This document shows positions 30,024 to 39,064 of a stretch of DNA of 64,000 nucleotides, one piece after another. The translations under genes and the position numbers were made by a program. The notes under the pieces were generated by a model. The model was not told the DNA's origin, did no database searches, and saw only the letters and a program-made list of their open reading frames with translations. Positions within the stretch are counted from its first letter, which is position 1; every line of letters starts with the position of its first letter. This stretch comes from Escherichia coli. GTDB taxonomy: Bacteria > Pseudomonadota > Gammaproteobacteria > Enterobacterales > Enterobacteriaceae. The stretch lies in assembly GCA_002099625.1 (NCBI GenBank), contig GCA_002099625.1_4857.1. The stretch is one strand, 5' to 3'.

Positions 30024-31538
30024 TTACACCTCTTCTTCTCGCAGTATGCGACGGTTTGCGTAATACGCACACCACAACCCATGATACTCTTTACCGATAT
30101 AGATTAAGAAGTAACGGATGTAGTATTTTTCAGGACGACACACCGCGATGTAATAACGGCCTTCGGGTTCTTTAATACGGTTGATTTCCGTACGCGATGG
30201 AATATCGATACCGCGAGTCAAAATAACCGAGACAGGTCGTTTACCCATCGGAAAGTCAATCTTTAACGTTATTGACTTATCGACGCTACGGTAGTATTCC
30301 TTAACAGGCTTACCTTTGTCATCGAACAACAAGTCAGTAATATCATTTAAGACATAACCCTTTTCCTGATGCAGAACATCTCTCAACGTTGTAGCGAGTT
30401 CGTCACGAATATCCAGCGCACGGTACGACAATAAGGGCGGGCGAAGCATTCTGGAGATGGCCAGGTCTTCAAAGAACCAGACATTGGAATCTTCTCCACT
30501 GAAATGCATCTTGTCTGCCGGTAATCCATCACCTGCCACGTCAACGAACTTCTTACGTTTAACGAACTCATTGTTAACAACACCGATTGGATCATACTGC
30601 CGCATCTTCGGTGTATCTTTCCATGCCAGGGCGGCGTGGTTGTTTACAATCGTGTAGATGTTATCCCACGGTTGTTTAGTGAACATTACGGAAAAGTGTG
30701 CATCAGGAATCATTTTCCCAATAAACACCAAGTCGTCCTTGTTCTTTGCATGGTTGCCACCAAACATGTAATAGAAAGTTTCATCTTTCACTTTTACAGT
30801 AGGATGGTCCTCGTTCACCAACGGATAGCAATATTTAACCGTACAAATCGGCGGATATGCCGCAAGGTTCATCCCAGCGGCGATGGGCTCGGGTTCCGCG
30901 GATGCAGGCAACTCATCCTTCGACCAGTACGGCTGATATGGAACGCCGTCGTTGGTCGCTGTGATGGCTGAACCTTTTCTAGCCAATTCGTCCGCCCGGT
31001 CGTTACCGTAGTGGCCGGAGTGTCCTTTGATTTTGATAACCTTAACACCCCGTCCTTCTTTTTTCATCTGCTGTTTGATTTCCCAGATACGAACAATAAG
31101 TTCTTTGTTCGCCAGCGGAGTACCGTCAGCACGAACCCAACCACGTTTATGCCAGCCGTCTATCCACTCGTTAAAAGTGTTTACAACGTAACTGGCATCC
31201 ACGTAGATGATATAGTTCTTCGCGCGGAAGGGCGCGTTCTCAAACAACGTGATGAAGGCGATTAACTCGCCCACATCTGAGTAGAACTCTTTCGGAACGG
31301 GAATAACGGCGTCGACAAATTGAACGGTGTCCGGCAACTCCGGACACTTCACATCCTGCGGCACTTTTTTGTATCCAACAGTGGTAATCCGTTCTGAAAC
31401 ACCCGGATGGCTATAAGCCTGACTGTCTTCCAAATCTCCGTTGTTGAATAAATAACCATGAATACCAGCCCCCGAACCTTTCGGGGACTCAGTATGACTA
31501 CCATCGGTATAAATAACCGCTACGTCGACGTCTTTCAT
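30024..31538 (-). CDS. RNase HI-domain protein with about 310-aa C-terminal extension of unknown function
   Basis: N-terminal YTDGS, IIYVDAS, WHKRGWVRADGTPLANKEL and KGHSGHYGNDRADELARKG match the RNase HI catalytic DEDD pattern (compare E. coli RnhA FTDGS / KGHAGHPENERCDELAR). Confidence 0.75.
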   Translation of the reverse strand: MKDVDVAVIYTDGSHTESPKGSGAGIHGYLFNNGDLEDSQAYSHPGVSERITTVGYKKVPQDVKCPELPDTVQFVDAVIPVPKEFYSDVGELIAFITLFENAPFRAKNYIIYVDASYVVNTFNEWIDGWHKRGWVRADGTPLANKELIVRIWEIKQQMKKEGRGVKVIKIKGHSGHYGNDRADELARKGSAITATNDGVPYQPYWSKDELPASAEPEPIAAGMNLAAYPPICTVKYCYPLVNEDHPTVKVKDETFYYMFGGNHAKNKDDLVFIGKMIPDAHFSVMFTKQPWDNIYTIVNNHAALAWKDTPKMRQYDPIGVVNNEFVKRKKFVDVAGDGLPADKMHFSGEDSNVWFFEDLAISRMLRPPLLSYRALDIRDELATTLRDVLHQEKGYVLNDITDLLFDDKGKPVKEYYRSVDKSITLKIDFPMGKRPVSVILTRGIDIPSRTEINRIKEPEGRYYIAVCRPEKYYIRYFLIYIGKEYHGLWCAYYANRRILREEEV

Positions 31539-32257
31539 TATTCTCCTCGCAACTGCGGTGGAACGTATTCACCTGTGCACATTTCGCGGTGGGCTTCTAA
31601 CATGCGTTCGAAGCCGTACGTACGCGCGACCAGGGCCAAATGATAGATGCGTGCCGTAGAATACGCTTCCTTCGCAGCATCAAAGCTAGCGTTATGCTCG
31701 TACGCTTCTTTGCCACGGGTCCAATGGTGCGCTTCTGCGTGCCAGTTCGGTTCCAGGCCAAACGCATATGCAATACGTTCTGCAGTCCGGTCAGAGTCCA
31801 ATATAGAAAACTTGCGGTACTTGCCCGGCGGGATATCGCACTGCGCGAATGCGTTCATCAGAATTGGAGCATCGAAATCGGGACCGCGCATGGTGATAAC
31901 CATTTTCACGTTGCCCAGATCATCCAACCATTTTTTGGCCGCCCACAGTGCTTCTGGCAGTGGAGTGGTCCCAGAAAACGCTTCAATACGTGCTTTCTCG
32001 CTCGGTGCGTATTCGGGGTCGCCTTTACCTTCCCAATAACCGACCGTTTGTGGATCGATGTAGAAGATTTCTTTTGCTTTTGCATCATTGGGGTCGATTT
32101 TGTGGTAACATGAACCGATCATTTTCATTGTCGGAACATCGAATGCCACGTTTGCCAACGTTAAGATGTAGGCATCTGGACGTAAAGCCAGGGTCTCTAA
32201 GTCCGTCCCAACAACAACGGTGGGCGTTAAAACAGGCAGAATTTTAGGATATGTCAT
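31538..32257 (-). CDS. DEDDh-family 3-prime to 5-prime exonuclease (DnaQ-like)
   Basis: VVGTDLETLAL (Exo I DxE) and YEHNASFDAAKEAY (HxAxxD motif). Confidence 0.6.
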   Translation of the reverse strand: MTYPKILPVLTPTVVVGTDLETLALRPDAYILTLANVAFDVPTMKMIGSCYHKIDPNDAKAKEIFYIDPQTVGYWEGKGDPEYAPSEKARIEAFSGTTPLPEALWAAKKWLDDLGNVKMVITMRGPDFDAPILMNAFAQCDIPPGKYRKFSILDSDRTAERIAYAFGLEPNWHAEAHHWTRGKEAYEHNASFDAAKEAYSTARIYHLALVARTYGFERMLEAHREMCTGEYVPPQLRGE

Positions 32258-32300
32258 TTCAACTCTCCACGAGATTATATATCACACTATTGACTATTAA

Positions 32301-32341
32301 CGTAAAAAAGGAAATCCCCTCTTACCCGAAGGTAAGAGGGA
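32301..32341 (-). terminator. Intrinsic terminator (minus strand)
   Basis: Stem CCCCTCTTACC / GGTAAGAGGG with CGAA loop; T-run on the minus strand. Confidence 0.55.
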
Positions 32342-32345
32342 GTTT

Positions 32346-32825
32346 TCATTGCACAAGGCAACTACTTTTGTGCCGTTCGTAGGCATGATTAAAAGACTCT
32401 CTGTCTTCGCGATAGCTGCGAATGAGAGACTTAATCTGTCGTGACAAATCACGACTAATGTCCTGAGGGCTACGAGAACCAGGGTCGAGATATATCCCGG
32501 AGGGTATATCATGAAGAGTGGGGCGAATAAACTCTTCACAAAGCGGTGCGGCCATCGGGGTGCGCCACCCCTTAGCTTCTGCGTAATTGTTCAACGACTT
32601 AGCGTACAGATAAACGTAATAAGCATAAGCGTTCACATCCGCAACAAACATTTTCCCTGCCAGCTTTTTCGCCTCAGGACTGTTCCCACCAGCATAAACT
32701 GGTGGGTGTTCTAAAGGACGAAAAGGCCAATCTCCGGTTGAGGAGTAATCTGGGTCTACGTGACGGATGGCTCCAGGGCATCCTGTCAACAATAGCACCA
32801 GTATCGCCACCAAAAATAACTTCAT
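32346..32825 (-). CDS. Lipoprotein (159 aa); outer-membrane spanin candidate
   Basis: Signal peptide with lipobox LLTG-C (MKLFLVAILVLLLTGC); directly downstream of a membrane protein with coiled-coil character. Confidence 0.5.
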   Translation of the reverse strand: MKLFLVAILVLLLTGCPGAIRHVDPDYSSTGDWPFRPLEHPPVYAGGNSPEAKKLAGKMFVADVNAYAYYVYLYAKSLNNYAEAKGWRTPMAAPLCEEFIRPTLHDIPSGIYLDPGSRSPQDISRDLSRQIKSLIRSYREDRESFNHAYERHKSSCLVQ

Positions 32826-32834
32826 GTATGCTCC

Positions 32835-33344
32835 TCATGGATTATTAAGCGTACTGATAATCTCCTGTCGGAAATCATTTGCCTCCTGCGACCCTACCGG
32901 GCGAGAAGCGGCCTGGTATTTCTTGGCAGGTGGGCTAGACGGATTTAACGGTGCCGGCGGTGTTACCGGCTTGAGTTCTACAGGCGGAACCGCGGCCTCA
33001 GTGCCTGTTCCTGTTGGAGATTTGGTACCATCATATGGCGGTCGAGAACCCAGGCACGTGAAGAGACGATCGTACAACTTATTGTTCTCCACTTCGCCAT
33101 GATCGGACTTCTCTTTTAGCTCCTTATAGGATATCTCCAGATACTGAGTACGCGATTGAACGCTAACCAGTGTGTGGTATTGAACAATGTAGGCGTATGA
33201 GACAAATGCAGAGAACGCGATCAGTGCCACTATCACTAGTGTCACTATTTTCCCGGCTCGTGTTACTTTCTCCCCCTCGCCCGGTTTAAATGCTTCCCAC
33301 AGCATTTGTAAGAATGGAAGCAGTTTGAAAACTGATGCTATCAT
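32835..33344 (-). CDS. Membrane protein with predicted coiled-coil and Pro-rich C-terminus; inner-membrane spanin candidate
   Basis: One TM helix (IVTLVIVALIAFSAFVSYAYIV), then a heptad-like segment and a proline-rich tail; 9-nt gap to the lipoprotein gene. Confidence 0.4.
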   Translation of the reverse strand: MIASVFKLLPFLQMLWEAFKPGEGEKVTRAGKIVTLVIVALIAFSAFVSYAYIVQYHTLVSVQSRTQYLEISYKELKEKSDHGEVENNKLYDRLFTCLGSRPPYDGTKSPTGTGTEAAVPPVELKPVTPPAPLNPSSPPAKKYQAASRPVGSQEANDFRQEIISTLNNP

Positions 33345-33368
33345 GCTCACCTCGGAGAGTTTTTAATT

Positions 33369-34748
33369 ATGTATGATTTACAAGGCTTTATTCAAATAGC
33401 GGCTCTGATTGATAATGGCCCTGGCAACACCGCTCCGGTAGGTGAGTTGTCTGAGCTGTCATATTCGTTCGCTAAAAGCAAGCAGTATTTTACTAAAGAA
33501 AATCTGCAGGTGGAACTGGTTGCTTTTACTTCTAAACGTGACGAGTTGCCTATTAAGACCCCGGCCGTCTTTAGCGACCACGTTCTTACTGTTTCCCAAT
33601 GGATCTACCAACAGTCTATCCTGGGCAACTTAAGAAACGACGAAGTTGAATTCCAGCGTTTGCTGTTGGGGCAATTTAATAGTGTCATCAGCGGTGTTCA
33701 GTCTGGCGCGATGATTCAGACTAACAGTAACTGGTTCCCACGTTGGGTCAGTTGGAAACTTGAAACCACAGCAGATAAAGTCGAAGACCCATCTGATGTG
33801 AATAACCAGATTATTCTCTGGTTTGCTGATGAAGATTTCAATCAGGACTATACCGGATTTGAAATTGAAGTCCAAATGCCGATATTACCGGTTGATACTT
33901 TCTTGGCTGTGAAATCTGTAGTCGAAAAGGCAATGGAAGGGTTCAACCTTCCGGATCACCATAATAAGATTAACGAATTAGCTGACGGTTATCCGTACAC
34001 TAGCCTGATTACTAACATCTATACTTGGCACGACCAGGAAGACTTTGATTCCACCTTACCGATACCGATGTCGGCTATCATCTACGGACGCGCGGGTCGT
34101 AACCCGAGCAGGATTAAACAAGCGTTGCGTGATTACATTTTGGCAAACTCCAGTTTTACTGTGGCGTTGGGTGTCAAGGTGTTCCCAGAAATCTTTACGA
34201 CCACCAAGTTCACAATTGTTCCGGGTTGGTCAATTCGTGGGATTCCAAATGAGGAAGACGTTGCGGCATTATACTCGCCGATTCTCCCATATGATTTCTG
34301 GGTCAAAGCAATCTCCCGATTTGGGGAGTGGACTGTTCAAACCATTACGGAAAAAAATAGTGGAGCAATCTCAACTCCAACTACCGATGTAACGGATTTA
34401 CCGTCCATCTATAAATCACTAAACGCTGTAGTTATCGCAGGCCCTGAAAACGATTCACGCAAAACGACCCTGCACGATACGATTCCCGACTACGCATTAA
34501 TCGGCACTAACAATGCAGATATTGCGAGAATGTCGAAGAAAACCACCGAGTGGCTGGACCTGTTCTTCCAGGCGTTAATCGCAGCGGAAGAGTATCACCC
34601 ACATTCCACCCCGCTGGATATCGTGAAGCTCGTAGACGACGTTGATCCTAATGTTTACTTCTACGTCTTCGAATTCGATAACGTGGAGTATCGTGTCTTG
34701 GCCCGCAAAGCTGTTTGGGATGTCCCTGCGGCAGAGCCAGAAGCCTAA
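33369..34748 (+). CDS. Hypothetical protein (459 aa), possibly structural
   Basis: Plus-strand island ORF; divergent from the spanin-like gene with an 18-24 bp gap. Confidence 0.6.
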   Translation: MYDLQGFIQIAALIDNGPGNTAPVGELSELSYSFAKSKQYFTKENLQVELVAFTSKRDELPIKTPAVFSDHVLTVSQWIYQQSILGNLRNDEVEFQRLLLGQFNSVISGVQSGAMIQTNSNWFPRWVSWKLETTADKVEDPSDVNNQIILWFADEDFNQDYTGFEIEVQMPILPVDTFLAVKSVVEKAMEGFNLPDHHNKINELADGYPYTSLITNIYTWHDQEDFDSTLPIPMSAIIYGRAGRNPSRIKQALRDYILANSSFTVALGVKVFPEIFTTTKFTIVPGWSIRGIPNEEDVAALYSPILPYDFWVKAISRFGEWTVQTITEKNSGAISTPTTDVTDLPSIYKSLNAVVIAGPENDSRKTTLHDTIPDYALIGTNNADIARMSKKTTEWLDLFFQALIAAEEYHPHSTPLDIVKLVDDVDPNVYFYVFEFDNVEYRVLARKAVWDVPAAEPEA

Positions 34749-34758
34749 GGAGGGTTAA

Positions 34759-35382
34759 ATGGCACAACTGTTGCCTAACACGCCTCAGGTTAACCTTGAG
34801 GGGTTGTTCAAGGTTAAGGCACCTTATACGTTGCCGGATAAAGTGATTTATCGTGTTGACGCGGTACAGAACTTTCCGAAACTCCAACGTAACAACATTG
34901 ACGTTTATAACAAGTATTATAAACCTGTCGGCCTAACTCGTGACGACTATATCAGCGACGCTAATGTCGAAGCCTCGATTGTAACATTAAAGTCGAGGGA
35001 CGGTCAAGTCTACGAGTTGCCTGATACGTACATTGAGACGTATCCTGGACTGAACGGGTTAAATTATAGACGCAATGTGGTGGTTATTGACCTGGCATTA
35101 ATACCCGAATACGTCGATGTCACACTGCTAACGAACGACCTGAAAAGCATCTTAGAACGCGGTTTAGGAATCGATGCACGTGTGGACATCACATCGATGG
35201 ATTACGAAGGGACGGTGACGGAAGAAGAACACTTGCAAATGGAAGCGGTGCGTAAAGCCAAAATCCGTGAGCAGATTCCTCTGACAGAACAAGTTGCAAC
35301 ACTCACTAAGCAGAATCAAGAACTGCAGGCGTTGAATGATGCGATGTTGAAAATCCTGAAAGATAATGGGTTAACAAATTAA
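34759..35382 (+). CDS. Hypothetical protein (207 aa)
   Basis: ORF with AGGAGGG RBS; C-terminal coiled-coil-like segment; followed by a bidirectional terminator. Confidence 0.55.
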   Translation: MAQLLPNTPQVNLEGLFKVKAPYTLPDKVIYRVDAVQNFPKLQRNNIDVYNKYYKPVGLTRDDYISDANVEASIVTLKSRDGQVYELPDTYIETYPGLNGLNYRRNVVVIDLALIPEYVDVTLLTNDLKSILERGLGIDARVDITSMDYEGTVTEEEHLQMEAVRKAKIREQIPLTEQVATLTKQNQELQALNDAMLKILKDNGLTN

Positions 35383-35436
35383 AGAAAAAAAGAACTACCT
35401 ACTCCCAAGGGAGTAGGTAGGCTTTTATTTTTTTAT
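35381..35436. terminator. Bidirectional intrinsic terminator
   Basis: A-run, stem CTACCTACTCCC / GGGAGTAGGTAG (35395..35420), long T-run. Confidence 0.6.
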
Positions 35437-35440
35437 CGCA

Positions 35441-36598
35441 TTACTTGCCGATGATATCGCGGACCATTGCTTTGATTGTGGCAGCGGTACGTTTCTTTTT
35501 CGGCAGCTTGCGGATTTCTGCGTACAGTTTATCCAGGTTCAGCGTTTTCTGTACCTGCGCAACAATCTGCATTTGCTCTTCGTCGATCTTCACTTCGACG
35601 GTTTGTTCCTGCATTTTGCCCAGTTCCTGAATCACACTGGAAACCGATACCGGATAAGCTGTTGATTTTGGACGTTCGATACCGAGGGTGACAAAGATTT
35701 CGTCGTCAATAAACACATTTTCGATATCAACCAAGTTTTCCAGAATGATTTCATCGTGGCCTTCATCTTCCGACGCATTCGGGTATGGACGTTTGTAGGT
35801 GTAATCCCACACGTCATAACCGAGTTTATCTGCGAGTTGTACGAAACCTTCCCAGGTTACTTCGCCGGGGTTGATAGTCTGACCACGGAAACCGGGGTTG
35901 GCCGTAAAGACTTTCACCCAGTCGATGTTCGCGATGTTACGGCACTCTTCCAGCGGCGCGTAACGATCTCCCACTTCGTCATTGTCAGTCTCTTCAACAT
36001 GCTCTGCTTCACAACGCTCGAAAGTAACTGAGTGTGGTTTACCGTCACCGAAGATAACGGAGGCAGCACGCCAGTCTTCGATAGTCCACTGGACATGAGT
36101 CAATTCAATGTAACAATGCCCAACCTTAGCACGGCCCTGTGGGGCACTTACTGGTTTAATCAACTCACCTGGTTCGAAGAAGAATCCGTCAGAATGTGCA
36201 ATGGCATACCAGACACCATCAACACCTTCAACGAGAATAGACCAGTTATAAGGCGCGTGGCAATTTTGGAAAGCTACGCCCAGCATACTTCCCCAACGGT
36301 CATCTGGCGAATATTTCAGTGGCGGCAGGTTATCAAACTGAAGAGTTTGAGAAGAAAGGCACAACTTATTACGCAGGTGCGGCAGCGGCAGATAAGCCTC
36401 CACATTGTTATCGACCAGCGCATTGTAAAGATCCGGGTTGATAACACCGGTGCCAGTGACGTGTTGTGCAATCAGAGCTTCTGAATATGCACGAATACCC
36501 TCGTAGCTAAGCACATACGCACGGTCACGTACTACACGAGCCATATCTTCGATTACGGAAATTGGAAATTGCATGTTAATAGTCCTTATAAAAGTCAA
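35441..36598 (-). CDS. Hypothetical protein (385 aa)
   Basis: ORF after the bidirectional terminator. Confidence 0.55.
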   Translation of the reverse strand: MTFIRTINMQFPISVIEDMARVVRDRAYVLSYEGIRAYSEALIAQHVTGTGVINPDLYNALVDNNVEAYLPLPHLRNKLCLSSQTLQFDNLPPLKYSPDDRWGSMLGVAFQNCHAPYNWSILVEGVDGVWYAIAHSDGFFFEPGELIKPVSAPQGRAKVGHCYIELTHVQWTIEDWRAASVIFGDGKPHSVTFERCEAEHVEETDNDEVGDRYAPLEECRNIANIDWVKVFTANPGFRGQTINPGEVTWEGFVQLADKLGYDVWDYTYKRPYPNASEDEGHDEIILENLVDIENVFIDDEIFVTLGIERPKSTAYPVSVSSVIQELGKMQEQTVEVKIDEEQMQIVAQVQKTLNLDKLYAEIRKLPKKKRTAATIKAMVRDIIGK

Positions 36599-36634
36599 TG
36601 GTATTTTCAGATGATTAGTTACTGCTGTAAAAAA

Positions 36635-36901
36635 CTAGTTACGGTCGGAATTAAAGACGTGCCAGGTACTACGCCAGCGAAAGAATCGGGTTATGAAACC
36701 ACGTATGTGGTAGCCTGAGAACAACATCCAGATGGTAAGAAAGAGTTGCGCCCATGGAGACGTGAGTTCCATCAGATGCGCGACGATCGCACCGATCACC
36801 AACATTACCGTAGAGAATAACAAACTATACATCATCGGAATGTTGTGGCTATAGCGTTTCTCCATCCAGTAGAGAAAATTTATTAAACGTTTCACGAACA
36901 C
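36635..36901 (-). CDS. Small membrane protein (88 aa, two predicted TM helices); holin-like candidate
   Basis: Hydrophobic segments SLLFSTVMLVIGAIVAHL and LFLTIWMLFSGYHI. Confidence 0.4.
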   Translation of the reverse strand: MFVKRLINFLYWMEKRYSHNIPMMYSLLFSTVMLVIGAIVAHLMELTSPWAQLFLTIWMLFSGYHIRGFITRFFRWRSTWHVFNSDRN

Positions 36902-36910
36902 ACACCCAAG

Positions 36911-36947
36911 AATTAAATAAAAGGTGGTCAGACCCGAAGGTCTGACC
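36911..36947 (-). terminator. Intrinsic terminator (minus strand)
   Basis: Stem GGTCAGACC / GGTCTGACC with CGAA loop; T-rich run on the minus strand. Confidence 0.5.
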
Positions 36948-36952
36948 GTTAA

Positions 36953-37546
36953 TTACGCTTCGGCCTCAAAGAACGGCTGGTTCGGTACCACTGCATATTC
37001 GAGCACGAAAAGATGTTCTGGGGCATCTTCTGCTCGCCACAGTTTGTGGCACGTTGCCAGTTTTTCCAGGATGGTCAACCAGCTGAGCTGGCAGAAAGCA
37101 CGATCGCCGAAGAACAGTTTCTGCAGTGCAATCGACACATCCATATACGCCTGTTTGAAGTCGAGTTCTTTATCGTAACCCGCCGACTGTCGCCACGTCA
37201 GCACGAAGCCTGCTTCGGTTTCGTTAATTGCTGGACGTAAACCACAAATCCACATCAGCGCCAGATTAACGTTCCAGTCGAATTCGATACCTTCGTCTTC
37301 GTCATCACCAAACGCCGCGTTTAACGCGTCGTAGAAACCGTGGTTCTCTGCGAACCATTCGCCGTACTCAACGTAGACAGGTGCTTCGACAGCTTCCCCA
37401 TCGGCTTCACCGATAGGACGCTCAACGTAGTTCGGATTGGTTTGAACGTGTTCCGCACCCGCGCGAATCAGTTCGTAAACGTCTTTGGCGGTGATTTGTG
37501 CGGCTGTTTTAAGACCTGGATACCAGGGGCGTGTTACGAGTGTCAA
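36953..37546 (-). CDS. Hypothetical protein (197 aa)
   Basis: ORF; 4-nt overlap with the upstream SLT gene. Confidence 0.5.
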   Translation of the reverse strand: MTLVTRPWYPGLKTAAQITAKDVYELIRAGAEHVQTNPNYVERPIGEADGEAVEAPVYVEYGEWFAENHGFYDALNAAFGDDEDEGIEFDWNVNLALMWICGLRPAINETEAGFVLTWRQSAGYDKELDFKQAYMDVSIALQKLFFGDRAFCQLSWLTILEKLATCHKLWRAEDAPEHLFVLEYAVVPNQPFFEAEA

Positions 37547-38265
37547 AGCAATGCTCCTTTCATGATAGTGTTATTTGCCAGTAATGTACCGGCCGCAGGT
37601 GATATTTTGGTGTACAGCGTATCCCAGATTTTCTGAAGTTCGGCGACGCGTTGGTCGTGGTCTTCCTTCGCAAAAGCAAGCTGACGTGTTTCAGCTTTCG
37701 GTGGTGTCATTTTCGCACCGTAGAATGCTGCGTCTTTTCGGTAGCTGGCCATCCAGCGTTTCCCGACCGGTGATTTCTTTTTAATCATCGCAACAGCAGC
37801 ACCCTCACCGAAGCGGTAGCCTAAAGCGATTTCGGCTGTGCTCGGCTTGCGTTTGAGTTGTTTTGTCAGATGATCCTCGATGTGTTTCATGTAAACGGCA
37901 GCAAGCTGTACAGCATACTTCGGTTTATTAAGGTCCGCATTCTTTGGGATGTTAAGTTGTTTCCCATACAGACGTATCATGGAGCGTTTAGTGCCTGTCG
38001 TCATTTGGACAACACTACTAGCACTGCTCGATTTATTCTTACCCACGTTTTTATTAAAACGGGATTCACGATAAATGGTGGTCGCGAGCATCCCGGCATG
38101 TACGCCTTGTTTTCGAGATGCGGTGACGATGAGAGGTTTAATCTCATTGAACTGGTCCTGGATAAGGACGAATTCTTTTTGGTGTTTGTTACTGGTGGTC
38201 TGGTAAGAAGCGTTGCTGTTGAACGTAGTCATTGCTACCAGAAGAAATAAAATGGTGCGAAACAT
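37543..38265 (-). CDS. Secreted SLT-domain lytic transglycosylase (240 aa); endolysin candidate
   Basis: N-terminal signal peptide (MFRTILFLLVAMTTFNSNA) and SLT motifs TIYRESRFN ... VVQMTTGT. Confidence 0.6.
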   Translation of the reverse strand: MFRTILFLLVAMTTFNSNASYQTTSNKHQKEFVLIQDQFNEIKPLIVTASRKQGVHAGMLATTIYRESRFNKNVGKNKSSSASSVVQMTTGTKRSMIRLYGKQLNIPKNADLNKPKYAVQLAAVYMKHIEDHLTKQLKRKPSTAEIALGYRFGEGAAVAMIKKKSPVGKRWMASYRKDAAFYGAKMTPPKAETRQLAFAKEDHDQRVAELQKIWDTLYTKISPAAGTLLANNTIMKGALL

Positions 38266-38355
38266 GGATGTATCTCCAAACGGATTTATACTTTTCCGTT
38301 CCCAATCCGGGAAGACGGCGCGGACGGCATTGTGCTCCTTTGTAATGTGCCCTGA

Positions 38356-38367
38356 TGATAATATCTA
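38356..38367. promoter_or_regulatory. Near-palindromic motif TGATAATATCTA (site 3)
   Basis: Between the macro-domain gene and the secreted SLT gene, about 90 nt upstream of the latter. Confidence 0.35.
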
Positions 38368-38865
38368 TTTGAAACTATTTGGGATGATTTTCTCTGCTTC
38401 CTTTAGCAGTGTGTCCGGTAAATAGAATCGATAAGTCTGCTCCGTGTGTTGTAGTCGTTTCTGTAAGTGTATAAAGATTTCCAATCGCTCATGGTAACGT
38501 AACCAACCGTTAGCCATCCCTAGGGGCGGTATCGCAATCCCTCCTTCTAAGTCTTCCCCTAGTCGCGCCAGCGCATCAATGCCGGACGTGACATAGTAAA
38601 TCTGCGATTTATAGCGAAAATGGGTTTTAGTAGGAAGGAGTATTACCCCTTCCTCAGGATAACAATAGACCTCACCGATAACGATTTGCTCTTTACGACA
38701 TTTCTGGCGATAGTCATTATAAAGCGATGGGAAGCGTTCTCGGCACGCCAAAGCAATGCCCCTTCCCATTGCACCAACACAGTTAACTGTAACGACCTTG
38801 AAGCGCTCAGGCGCGTTAAACAAGTCGTGGGAGATAACGGCCTCGTCGATCAGTTCGAGTGACAT
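38365..38865 (-). CDS. Macro-domain protein, TARG1/DarG-like subclass (166 aa)
   Basis: VTVNCVGAMGRGIALACRERFP matches the TARG1-type C..MGAGIA..F...F motif (recalled from memory); downstream IAIPPLGMANGWLRY fits the second conserved block. Confidence 0.6.
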   Translation of the reverse strand: MSLELIDEAVISHDLFNAPERFKVVTVNCVGAMGRGIALACRERFPSLYNDYRQKCRKEQIVIGEVYCYPEEGVILLPTKTHFRYKSQIYYVTSGIDALARLGEDLEGGIAIPPLGMANGWLRYHERLEIFIHLQKRLQHTEQTYRFYLPDTLLKEAEKIIPNSFK

Positions 38866-39064
38866 CTATTGCCATACCCCATTGTGAAATAACCGGAGAC
38901 TGAAGCAACGATTCCAGCTCAGTAAGAACTCTGGCTTTTGCTTCTTCGCGCAACTTACGGACTTCCGGGTCAGGTTTTCCTGCGCCCAAATATTGGGGTT
39001 CTGTTTGTGGGGTAGGGAAGCCACAGAAAGAACCAACCGTTATTCCGATGATTGTTTTTTGCAT
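38816..39064 (-). CDS. Small hypothetical protein (82 aa)
   Basis: ORF whose 3-prime end overlaps the macro gene start by 50 nt; may be shorter or spurious. Confidence 0.3.
   Translation of the reverse strand: MQKTIIGITVGSFCGFPTPQTEPQYLGAGKPDPEVRKLREEAKARVLTELESLLQSPVISQWGMAIDVTRTDRRGRYLPRLV

Noticed and set aside
32297-32539. ORF 32297..32539 (80 aa) overlapping the lipoprotein gene and its terminator
   Set aside because: Lies inside the lipoprotein coding frame and spans the terminator hairpin; likely spurious.
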